Assembly: GCA_003598055.1 (NCBI GenBank)
Contig: QZKI01000062.1
Span: 9,131 to 73,130, forward strand
DNA length: 64,000 nt
Origin: Candidatus Abyssobacteria bacterium SURF_17
GTDB lineage: Bacteria; Abyssobacteria; SURF-5
Direction of reading: 5' to 3'
Shown piece after piece: positions 20,383 through 29,361 of the stretch; the stretch's first letter is position 1; the number at the start of each line of letters is the position of its first letter. The position numbers were made by a program, and so were the translations under genes. Under the pieces are notes generated by a model, which searched no databases, had not been told where the DNA came from, and saw only the letters and a program-made list of their open reading frames with translations.

Positions 20383-21605
20383 ATTCCGAAGCCGGGAAAG
20401 GGCTGAAGATACTTTTCCTCGCGCTGACCGTTGACGTCGGCTCCTACCAGGGCGACAGCACTCACGTGCTCGAATTGATCTCGAACCTGCGACAGATGGG
20501 ATATCATGTCCGATGGGTGGCGAGGCGGAGCAGCGGCCGGAACATGTGGCCGGACCCCCTCTTTCACTGCGTCAGTCGTACCCCCAAGCCGAACAGCGAA
20601 ATCATGCGCCTCCTCCAGTTGTTGTTCTCAATGGTACGAGGCGCGTATTACATCTTTCGGTATGCCCGGGCGTGTGACGTCATCTACTCGCGCGACCGGT
20701 TCTCGCTCTTACTCGCAGTGCTGCCCTCGCGCTTGCGGCGCAAGCGGATTGTGTACGAAGTGAATGGGTTGACGAGCGAGCAGCGCAAGATGCACGGCAA
20801 CTACCTTTCGAACCGTCTCTATGTGTGGCTGCTGGAGACACTCGACAAGGCCGCGTTCAGGAATTCGGCATCCGTTGTATGTGTGACGGATGCGATACGG
20901 GATTTCTACATTCGTCGCCATCCGATGTACGCTGATAAATTCACCACCGTGAACAACGGTGTGAATACAAAACTTTTTCATCCTCTCCCCGTCGACGACG
21001 AGGTCGCAGAACTCCGGAAGAAGCTGGGTTTTGATGAGAGTGACGAAGTGGTTGCATATGTCGGCAACCTCTCGCTTTGGCAGGGAGTTGAACATCTGGT
21101 GAGGGCCGCGCCGTCCATCGTGCAGAGGAATCCGTCGGTAAGATTCATGGTGCTTGGCAGAGGCCCGACAGGCGCTCTGTGCGAAAGACTCACAGAGGAG
21201 CTGGGCGTCGCAGACAGGTTTAAGTTCGTGGGACAGGTACCCTACACGTCACTGGGGCATTACATCAACGTCGCCGATGTCTGTGTGGCGCCGTACACGC
21301 GTGACATCCCGAATTGCCCCATCAAGGTCTACGAATATCTGGCCTGCGGGAAACCGGTCGTGTGCTCCGACATTCCCGGCATTGACAACCTTCGCTACAC
21401 GGGCGCGCTGGCTCTGGTCGAGCCCGGCAATCCCGATGCGCTGGCTTCGGCCGTGCTCGATGTCCTGGCAAACGAGAAACTCCGCATCGAGCAGAGAGCG
21501 CGAGGGCCGGCAGCGGTCTCCGAATACACGTGGTCGAATACCGCGCAAAAGGTCGCCGTTGTTTGCGAGAGGGCAGCGCGGAGGGAGGATGATGGCCACG
21601 CTTGA
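20322..21605 (+). CDS. glycosyltransferase family 4 (start likely downstream of 20322; ORF overlaps preceding gene by 60 bp)
   Basis: C-terminal GT4 motifs (KVYEYLACGKPVVCSDIPG). Confidence 0.7.
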   Translation: MEFERREVARALRESYRSAINSEAGKGLKILFLALTVDVGSYQGDSTHVLELISNLRQMGYHVRWVARRSSGRNMWPDPLFHCVSRTPKPNSEIMRLLQLLFSMVRGAYYIFRYARACDVIYSRDRFSLLLAVLPSRLRRKRIVYEVNGLTSEQRKMHGNYLSNRLYVWLLETLDKAAFRNSASVVCVTDAIRDFYIRRHPMYADKFTTVNNGVNTKLFHPLPVDDEVAELRKKLGFDESDEVVAYVGNLSLWQGVEHLVRAAPSIVQRNPSVRFMVLGRGPTGALCERLTEELGVADRFKFVGQVPYTSLGHYINVADVCVAPYTRDIPNCPIKVYEYLACGKPVVCSDIPGIDNLRYTGALALVEPGNPDALASAVLDVLANEKLRIEQRARGPAAVSEYTWSNTAQKVAVVCERAARREDDGHA

Positions 21606-21768
21606 CAGTTCTCTCATACTGACTTATCATTTACACGAGGATTTGTGCGGAAACGGACCCGCAGGTCTCTTGGTCTCTGATACCTCGAAATCCCATGATG
21701 GGAGGCGGAATACTCATCCGCGAATGCCCTGCGCCATAAACCATTCACGTTCACCAGCTTAACCGAAC

Positions 21769-22950
21769 ATGCGACGAAGAAATGAAGAACTGAGACGAAA
21801 GAGTTTCCTCATCTTCGGCAGTCCTGCTGTCGGAGAGGAAGAGGTGGAAGCAGTGGCGGCCACGATTCGTTCCGGATGGCTGGGCACCGGACCGCGGGTA
21901 GCTTGTTTCGAGGAAATCTTCAGAAGCTATACGGGCGCGCGTTTTGCCATGGCGCTCAACTCGTGCACGGCGGGTCTGCATCTTTCGCTGCTCGTGGCAG
22001 GAGTCGGCCCGGGCGACGAGGTTATCACTTCGCCGATGACATTCTGCTCGACAGCAAATGCAATAATTCACTGCGGGGGACGGCCGGTTTTTGTGGATGT
22101 TGACCGACGCACGATGAATATGAATCCCACCTTGATTGAGCGCGCAATCACACCGCGGACCAAGGCCATCATGCCGGTTCATCTTGCCGGAAGGCCGTGT
22201 GATATGGATGCGATCATGGAGACCGCGAAACAGCGGAACCTTGTGGTTATCGAAGATGCGGCACATGCCATCGAGGCATGGTATCACGGGACAAAGATCG
22301 GCGCCATCGGCGACCTCACGTGCTTCAGCTTTTATGTTACGAAGAATATTATAACCGGAGAAGGCGGAATGGTGACCACCGACCGCGAGGAATATGCGGA
22401 CAAAATAAAGATGTACGGCCTCCATGGACTGAGCAAGGACGCATGGAAACGGTATTCCGATGAGGGTTACAAGCATTACGAGGTAATCTTCCCCGGCTTC
22501 AAATACAACATGATGGACATTCAGGCGGCCATCGGGGTCGAACAGATGAAGAGAGTGGACAAGTACCTGGCGCGCCGAAATGAGATATGGGCAAGGTATG
22601 ACGATGCGTTCGCTGACTTGCCTGTGACCAGGCCTGAGCCCCCCGAGCCCGATACCGTGCATGCCAGGCATCTCTATACGCTTCTCCTCGACATCGAAAA
22701 AACGGGCATGACTCGGGACGAATTCCAGCAGCGGCTGCATGATATGAATATTGGCACCGGAATCCATTTTATCTCCGTGCATCTTCACAAATACTATCGC
22801 GAGACATTCGGCTACAAGCGCGGCGATTTCCCGAACGCCGAATGGATCTCTGACCGCACAATCTCGCTCCCGCTGTCCGCAAGGCTGACTGACAAGGACG
22901 TTGAGGACGTAGCGGAGGCAGTGAGGTTTCTATTGAGAGATAGTGCATGA
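21769..22950 (+). CDS. DegT/DnrJ/EryC1/StrS-family PLP-dependent sugar aminotransferase
   Basis: N-terminal FGSPAVGEEEVEAVAATIRSGWLGTGPRV. Lys-containing FSFYVTKNIITGEGG PLP-binding motif. Confidence 0.85.
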   Translation: MRRRNEELRRKSFLIFGSPAVGEEEVEAVAATIRSGWLGTGPRVACFEEIFRSYTGARFAMALNSCTAGLHLSLLVAGVGPGDEVITSPMTFCSTANAIIHCGGRPVFVDVDRRTMNMNPTLIERAITPRTKAIMPVHLAGRPCDMDAIMETAKQRNLVVIEDAAHAIEAWYHGTKIGAIGDLTCFSFYVTKNIITGEGGMVTTDREEYADKIKMYGLHGLSKDAWKRYSDEGYKHYEVIFPGFKYNMMDIQAAIGVEQMKRVDKYLARRNEIWARYDDAFADLPVTRPEPPEPDTVHARHLYTLLLDIEKTGMTRDEFQQRLHDMNIGTGIHFISVHLHKYYRETFGYKRGDFPNAEWISDRTISLPLSARLTDKDVEDVAEAVRFLLRDSA

Positions 22951-23903
22951 AATCTCTTGGGAAGCCTTCAGTCGAGCTCTGGGAAAAGGTGGTTCAAGAG
23001 TGTGAATACGCCACGTTCTTCCACACGCCAACATGGGCCAGAATTATCGAGAATAGCATGCCTGCCTACCAGGTCGGAACAAGGGCATATGAGCTCGAGG
23101 ACGGGACATGCGCGATCTTGCCCCTTATGGCGAGTGGTCAAGCCCACAGAAAGAGATATCATTCGATGGTGCCGGGAGTGTACGGTGGACCAATTGCCAA
23201 GAGGAAGCTGACTTCCGCAGAAGTTGTCGAGATTTTCTCAGGTCTGCATCGGTTTAACGTGCGGAGGATAGACGTTACGGGGAATCCCCTATTCATCTAT
23301 GACTTACCTGCCAATTACGAATGCCGGGAAGACTTCACCCATATTCTGAGACTCGACGCGACATTTGACTCAGTCTGGAGAGGATTCACGAAAGGCCACA
23401 AGAGCAGCGCGCGAAAGGCAGAGCGCATGGGCGTGCATATCTCCCTGGCCCAGTCACTTGATGATTTCAAGGAATACTACAGAGTGTACGAAGACTCTCT
23501 TCGTCGCTGGGCCGACAGAGCTACAAGTCGTTATGAGTTTGATCTTTTCCAAAATATTTTCAATGAGAATTGCTCTGATATCAAACTCTGGCTCGCAAGT
23601 GTTACGGGTAAAGTCATCGCAGGCGCACTGGTGCTTTACGTAAAGGAGCACATTGCTTGGTGGCACGGGGCTTCATTGGAAGAATATTTTGAATATTGCG
23701 CTCCGAATCTATTAAACGTGGAAATCATGAAGGACGGCTGCAAACGCGGTTATCTTTATTATGATTTCAATCCCAGCGGCGGACACAAAGGGGTTGCAAG
23801 ATTCAAGCAGTCATTTGGAGCCGAGAAGAGGCGCATACCTCGGTGGCGATGGAAGTTCGATATCGTGGACATAGTCAAGAGCATTCCAAAGGGATGGGCG
23901 TGA
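22947..23903 (+). CDS. FemAB-like / GNAT-fold acyl- or aminoacyl-transferase
   Basis: 318 aa. Overall similarity in length and order to FemAB-family (peptidoglycan-bridge-type) transferases found in polysaccharide loci. Weak motif support only. Confidence 0.45.
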   Translation: MKSLGKPSVELWEKVVQECEYATFFHTPTWARIIENSMPAYQVGTRAYELEDGTCAILPLMASGQAHRKRYHSMVPGVYGGPIAKRKLTSAEVVEIFSGLHRFNVRRIDVTGNPLFIYDLPANYECREDFTHILRLDATFDSVWRGFTKGHKSSARKAERMGVHISLAQSLDDFKEYYRVYEDSLRRWADRATSRYEFDLFQNIFNENCSDIKLWLASVTGKVIAGALVLYVKEHIAWWHGASLEEYFEYCAPNLLNVEIMKDGCKRGYLYYDFNPSGGHKGVARFKQSFGAEKRRIPRWRWKFDIVDIVKSIPKGWA

Positions 23904-23907
23904 GAAG

Positions 23908-24465
23908 ATGGGATTATTGTCATGGCTATTTGAGTTCACCAGGGAAAACAAGGATAAGCAACAGAAGATCCTCTCGATAAGACGCCGATTTCCAACCGCC
24001 AAGCTCGCTCCGTCGGTGGAGGTTAGAAACCCTGACAGGCTGGAATTGGGAGAAAACGTTATAATAGATATGAATGTTTTGTTGCATTGCGGCGGTTCTG
24101 CCTGGTCAGACGGAAGAGGTTCGATAAGAATTGGAAACAACTGCTACATTGGACCGAATACGGTCCTGTTTGGTGCAGGAGATATCGAGATCGGAAACGA
24201 TGTCCTGGTTTCGCCAAACGTTACGATCACATCACACCAACACACATTCGCGGACAATGCAAAACCGATCAGGCTCCAACCGATTGAATTCAAGAAAGTC
24301 GTTATAGAAGACAATGTGTGGATTGGAAGCAACGCCGTGATTCTGCCGGGTGTAACAGTAGGACGCGACAGCGTTCTCGGCGCCGGCGCAGTAGCGAACA
24401 AGGATGTGCCTGCCGGCTCTCTGGTGGGCGGAATTCCGGCGGTGCTCATAAAATCTTTGCGCTGA
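23908..24465 (+). CDS. hexapeptide-repeat (LbH) sugar O/N-acetyltransferase
   Basis: Left-handed beta-helix repeats IGPNTVLFGAGDIEIGNDVLVSPNVTITS...VWIGSNAVILPGVTVG. Confidence 0.75.
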   Translation: MGLLSWLFEFTRENKDKQQKILSIRRRFPTAKLAPSVEVRNPDRLELGENVIIDMNVLLHCGGSAWSDGRGSIRIGNNCYIGPNTVLFGAGDIEIGNDVLVSPNVTITSHQHTFADNAKPIRLQPIEFKKVVIEDNVWIGSNAVILPGVTVGRDSVLGAGAVANKDVPAGSLVGGIPAVLIKSLR

Positions 24466-24483
24466 GGAAAGGAACGCAGTTTC

Positions 24484-25476
24484 ATGCCATCAAGAATTTT
24501 CCGGACCGTATCCGGTAGAAGTGATAGACGATATTACGAAAACATTGATATATTTCCGGCTTCCATTGTGGTGGAAACCACCACTGCCTGCAATGCGAGA
24601 TGTTCACACTGTGCTCACCGCATTATGACGCGGGAAAAAGGGCGGATGGACATGATGTTGTATCGCAAGATTGTTGACGAGATAGCACGCGTCAGACCGA
24701 CCTGTCACCTCTGGATGACGTTCTATGGAGAAGCCCTGCTTCTGCAATACCGGCTCTTCAACATGATAGCTTATGCGAAGCGTCAGGGGCTGACCAGCGT
24801 AATATTAAACAGCAACGCCATCATGCTTAACGAAGAGATGATAATTGGTTTGATAGAATCCGGACTGGACGATTTTATTGTCAGCATCGATGCCTTCTCG
24901 CCCGAGGTATACAAGGAAATTCGTTGTTCCGACCATTACAATGCCGTTGTCGAAAACGTAAACAATATGCTTAGAATCAAGAGCAAGATGCGGGTTCAAA
25001 AGCCGCAGATAATCGCTCAGTTCTCTATTATGAAGGAAAACGAACACCAGCTCGATGCCTTCAAAGCATATTGGTTAGGCAGAGGCGCGAGTGTAAAAAC
25101 AAGGCCGAAGCTGAGCTGGACGGGTGCAGTGGAGGTTGACAGAGGTCACCCTCCAAAGAGATATCCCTGTCCGTGGCTGTTTGCAACGTGTGGTATCACT
25201 TGGAATGGAAAGGTAGTACAGTGCGTGGTGGACTATGACGCCAAATATGTCGCCGGAAATGTTAATGAAACGTCGCTGCAATCTATCTGGCAAGGCAAAC
25301 TCAAGGAAATTCGCGATGCCCAGCTTGAGGGAAGATTTGACACATCGCCGGTGTGTGCGAATTGCTCTGATTGGCAATCGGAGAAGCCAACCAAGATAGT
25401 GATGGAGCGTGTGAAAAGCTGGTTGAATCAGCACCATGTGACACAAGGAAGCAAGGTAATTAGACCTGACATGTGA
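24484..25476 (+). CDS. radical SAM enzyme with C-terminal SPASM/twitch auxiliary-cluster domain
   Basis: CNARCSHC (CxxxCxxC). C-terminal Cys cluster CPWLFATCGITWNGKVVQC...CANCSDW. Confidence 0.75.
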   Translation: MPSRIFRTVSGRSDRRYYENIDIFPASIVVETTTACNARCSHCAHRIMTREKGRMDMMLYRKIVDEIARVRPTCHLWMTFYGEALLLQYRLFNMIAYAKRQGLTSVILNSNAIMLNEEMIIGLIESGLDDFIVSIDAFSPEVYKEIRCSDHYNAVVENVNNMLRIKSKMRVQKPQIIAQFSIMKENEHQLDAFKAYWLGRGASVKTRPKLSWTGAVEVDRGHPPKRYPCPWLFATCGITWNGKVVQCVVDYDAKYVAGNVNETSLQSIWQGKLKEIRDAQLEGRFDTSPVCANCSDWQSEKPTKIVMERVKSWLNQHHVTQGSKVIRPDM

Positions 25477-25623
25477 ACCCCCAACTTCTGCGCTTTTCTT
25501 TCGAGTATGCAGCGTCTCAGCGCAGGGAAATCGTGTATCCATGAATTTTCGCAGCACGTCCATCATCCCGTGAAGAAGTCGCTATGAGACGGAACTCTAA
25601 GGTGATAGCATAGAAATGGCGGG

Positions 25624-26286
25624 TTGTTCTGCATGGATTGGTCTATGAATTGGCTGGTATTCCGCATTCATGATGAAATACTGGCGGAGTATCTTAGAGA
25701 TTTTGCTCGTGGCAGACTTCTCGATATTGGTTGTGGAGAGTCAACCTATAAAGACTTGTGCGCAGAATCAGTGGATGTATATTACGGCTTTGATCATCCT
25801 GCAACGAAACATAACCCTTCTTTCATCAGTTTTTGGGCGGACGCCAAGAACATTCCCATAAAGAGCAGCTCGATTGATACGATACTCTGCACCGCGGTAC
25901 TCGAGCATGTGGATGACCCTGGCTTAGTAATAGCTGAATGTACAAGGATTCTGGCAAGGGGAGGGCACTGCATTATCAGTGCCCCTTTTTTTTGGCATAT
26001 ACACGAACCGCCGCGTGATTTCTACCGTTTCACGAGATATGGAATCGAACACTTATTGGAAAAGAACGGATTGCGCATTGTCAAAATCAAGCCACTGTCA
26101 GGCTTTTGGGTAACGTTTTGTCAAGAGTTTCTCTATTATCTTCGTCGGTTCGAGAAGTGGGTGGTGTTGAAGGCGCTGATTCGTTGTGTCGGGTGGTGTA
26201 TACAGAGTTCGGCGTATTGGATGAACAGGTATGACCATTCGGAAGGATTTACATGGATGTACATGGCGGTGGCGAAGAAGATGTGA
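25624..26286 (+). CDS. class I SAM-dependent methyltransferase
   Basis: Motif I LLDIGCGESTY. Methyltransf_11-like core. Confidence 0.7.
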   Translation: MFCMDWSMNWLVFRIHDEILAEYLRDFARGRLLDIGCGESTYKDLCAESVDVYYGFDHPATKHNPSFISFWADAKNIPIKSSSIDTILCTAVLEHVDDPGLVIAECTRILARGGHCIISAPFFWHIHEPPRDFYRFTRYGIEHLLEKNGLRIVKIKPLSGFWVTFCQEFLYYLRRFEKWVVLKALIRCVGWCIQSSAYWMNRYDHSEGFTWMYMAVAKKM

Positions 26287-26302
26287 TTGAAGTAACCCCC
26301 CC

Positions 26303-27274
26303 GTGGATGAAATGTTCGCGCAACCCCTCTCCTGCAGACGGCATAAGCAAGATGTCACAATCGAGCGTATGCAGAAGAGCGGGCAGTCCTTGAAAGAAAG
26401 GACCGCACCGGGGAGAACCTGGAAATCGGCATTTGACGGGAAAGCTTTCATGCAAGCGAGAGAATTCCTGAGAGAGCATGTTAGAGCGACTCGCGAAAAA
26501 CACTTTGGGAGAACAAGCGAGGCGGAGATTGACGCCATTTGTGACGCATGGATGAATGATGAATCCAACTCAAGACACAGATATGATGAGATGCAGAAGG
26601 TTATAGGTTCCAAATTAAAGGAATGCACCATCCTGGATGTCTCTTCCGGATGCGGCACATTTGTTTTCTATGGTTTGCTGAACGGCTACAAAGTTTACGG
26701 AATGGAGCCGGAATCTTGGAAACACGAGTTTAATCGCTTGAAGGCCGAAGAGAGGTGCTATCCGAAGGAATGGATGTCGATGTTTGTGGCAGCAGTGGCG
26801 GAACAAATGCCCTTTGCAAATGACAGTTTTGACATTGTCTCGACATACCAGACACTAGAACACGTCCAAGATCACAAAAAGTGTTTTGCGGAGTTCACGC
26901 GAATTTTAAAACCGGGAGGCGCTCTGTTCATGCGCTTTCCCGATTATCGCTCCACTTTTGAGCCGCATTATCGGGTTCCAATGCTTCCTCTCATGAACAG
27001 GAGTCTCATGAGATTATACCTGCGATTTCTCCGCAAGCCCATCCTTGGGATAGATACGATCAACTACATCACACAAGACAGGGCGATCTCCGTGCTTAAA
27101 GATGATTTTGAAATTGTGGACCTTCGCCTTGAAGGTCCCTACAACAAGATTCGGAATAGATTTGGTCTTCGTTCCACGTTCCTCGCGAAGCTGAGCTTGA
27201 TCCTCGACTGTCTCAACCGGGCTTTCAGGAGAGAAGTCCCCGTCATTCTTGTAGGCATTAAGCGACGAACATAA
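26303..27274 (+). CDS. class I SAM-dependent methyltransferase
   Basis: Motif I ILDVSSGCGTFVFYG. Motif ILKPGGALFMRFP. Confidence 0.65.
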   Translation: MDEMFAQPLSCRRHKQDVTIERMQKSGQSLKERTAPGRTWKSAFDGKAFMQAREFLREHVRATREKHFGRTSEAEIDAICDAWMNDESNSRHRYDEMQKVIGSKLKECTILDVSSGCGTFVFYGLLNGYKVYGMEPESWKHEFNRLKAEERCYPKEWMSMFVAAVAEQMPFANDSFDIVSTYQTLEHVQDHKKCFAEFTRILKPGGALFMRFPDYRSTFEPHYRVPMLPLMNRSLMRLYLRFLRKPILGIDTINYITQDRAISVLKDDFEIVDLRLEGPYNKIRNRFGLRSTFLAKLSLILDCLNRAFRREVPVILVGIKRRT

Positions 27275-27471
27275 TATGGCCCGTGATTGGTGATCGTCCG
27301 AAGGACATCTGAAATGCAAGTCCGTCAAAATCCCGGGATGCAAATGTCAATCACGTATGAATGCAATATCCTCATCGGAAACCCTGTGCGGCGCTATTGC
27401 CCCATTGTTCCAAGGCTATATTCTATTCATTGACGGCCTTTCAATGACTCAGCCTTATTTCGGAGAGACCT

Positions 27472-29361
27472 ATGGCAAGAGTAGTCGGCATATACCTGAA
27501 AAATGAGTATCTTACCGACATCAACGCCATCCGGTGTCGAATGACAAAGGTCGTTAACCATGAGAATCATAAAACGACAGAAATTGTCTTCCCAAGATTC
27601 GAATGCTGCCTCATGGATTACGGTCTGTCCGACCCAAACCCGGCGCCGCTTTTCAATGAGGATCGGAGCATATGTGCTTTTCTTGACGGTGAGATCGTCG
27701 ATGTCGTCAAACTGAGAGATGATTTGGTCAAGAGAGGACATTGCTTCGCGGGTGATTCAGACGCCGAAGTTGTTCTCCACTTGTACGAAGAGAAAGGAGA
27801 GCAATTCGCCCGCAACCTGAACGGCTCATTCAATGCAATTTTTTACCATCCTGAGCGTAACAAGTTAGTGCTCTGCAGTGACCGTTTTGGTCTCAGACGC
27901 CTCTATTATTGTGACAGGGGGAACTATGTAATTTTTGGACCTGAGATCAAAGCACTATTGGAGGATGTTACTCTCTCACCAGAATTGAATTATACAGCCG
28001 TGGCGGAGTTTCTGCATTTTGGCTATTGCTTGGACAACAAGACATTGCTGGAGCAGATCGAACTTCTTCCGCCCGGAACTCTGGCCACATGGGACAATGG
28101 AAAGCATAGGCTTGATAGCTATTGGAATTGGGGGAAGATTCCCCTCATGACTTCCGAGCAGGTTCCCCATGAACATGCCCTGGTGGACACCATGGGCGCG
28201 TTTTGGGTGCAGGCTGTCAAACGTCGATGCGAAAAACCCGGCCGGATAGGAGTATATCTTAGCGGAGGACTTGATTCCCGGGCAGTTGTTTCCGCAATAG
28301 AAGAAAAGTACTTTCCTATCCATGTAATCAATTTTGGAGCTCCCGGTTCTGACGATACCGTTATCTCGCGCAAAGTTGCACAGCGACTGAATCTGACGTA
28401 TCATCACTACGATTTATCCGGAGAGAAATGGTTTGAAGGCTTGGGTCAGGCGATGTGGTTAACCGAGGGCGCGATTAGTCTTACACACTTGCACGCCTTG
28501 CCCGCTCTTAAGTACGCAAAAGATCTCTTTGACGTTCACATGTCCGGCTTCGCAGGCGACCTGATTGCAGGAGGGAGTTATCTCCCATCTCCTCACCTCA
28601 CGCTGAAAACCTCCGATGATGTCAAGGGGTTCATCTATGACAAGATGAATGCTGGCAATGTGTTAGATGGAACCGAGAAAGAATGCTTCGGCGAGAATTT
28701 CTACACAAGAATACGGGATTTACACCAGCAATCATTCACAGAAAGCTTCAATAGAATTCCAGCAGAAACGAAGAACATGGACTACTTTTTTCTCCACAAT
28801 CGAGTTCGCCGTTTCACCGCTACAGGTCTGGCGGTTCAGCAAACAATTCTTGAAACGCGTCTTCCATTTTATGATATTGACTTTATTGAGTTCATGTACG
28901 GGTTGCCGACTCAACTGCGCATGGGATCCCACATATACAAAAAAATGCTGCTGAAGTTTTTCCCGCTGTCCTATCGGGGTATCCCTTGGCAAAAATCCGG
29001 ACATCCTATCGACGCGGGCAGGCTGCGTGTAACCGGCGCCAAGCTACACAGGAAATTGAGACGAATGGCTGGTTGGACGTCCGCAAGGATTGGAAGCCCG
29101 GGCTTATATGCCGCAACCAAAAGCTTTGCCGATTACAGTAATTGGTTCCGACGGAGCCATGTCTTGCGCAGCTTCCTATACAGTACGCTTCTCTCTCAAA
29201 GAGCTTTAGCGCGTGACTTTTTCCGACCAGAATTTATCAAGAAAGTACTCGACACCCACATGTCGGGTGAAGCAAACAATCTAAATGTCATAGGATTGCT
29301 TCTAACTCTCGAATTGTTTTGCCGATCCTTTATAGAAAGAGAGCGCCCTGACTCCAGATGA
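27472..29361 (+). CDS. asparagine-synthetase (AsnB) family protein lacking the N-terminal nucleophile Cys
   Basis: PP-loop SGGLDSR and AsnB N-domain motifs (DSDAEVVLHLYEEKG...NGSFNAIFY...LYYCD). The first ATG directly follows an in-frame TGA, so the N-terminus is MARVVGI rather than MCGI. Confidence 0.8.
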   Translation: MARVVGIYLKNEYLTDINAIRCRMTKVVNHENHKTTEIVFPRFECCLMDYGLSDPNPAPLFNEDRSICAFLDGEIVDVVKLRDDLVKRGHCFAGDSDAEVVLHLYEEKGEQFARNLNGSFNAIFYHPERNKLVLCSDRFGLRRLYYCDRGNYVIFGPEIKALLEDVTLSPELNYTAVAEFLHFGYCLDNKTLLEQIELLPPGTLATWDNGKHRLDSYWNWGKIPLMTSEQVPHEHALVDTMGAFWVQAVKRRCEKPGRIGVYLSGGLDSRAVVSAIEEKYFPIHVINFGAPGSDDTVISRKVAQRLNLTYHHYDLSGEKWFEGLGQAMWLTEGAISLTHLHALPALKYAKDLFDVHMSGFAGDLIAGGSYLPSPHLTLKTSDDVKGFIYDKMNAGNVLDGTEKECFGENFYTRIRDLHQQSFTESFNRIPAETKNMDYFFLHNRVRRFTATGLAVQQTILETRLPFYDIDFIEFMYGLPTQLRMGSHIYKKMLLKFFPLSYRGIPWQKSGHPIDAGRLRVTGAKLHRKLRRMAGWTSARIGSPGLYAATKSFADYSNWFRRSHVLRSFLYSTLLSQRALARDFFRPEFIKKVLDTHMSGEANNLNVIGLLLTLELFCRSFIERERPDSR

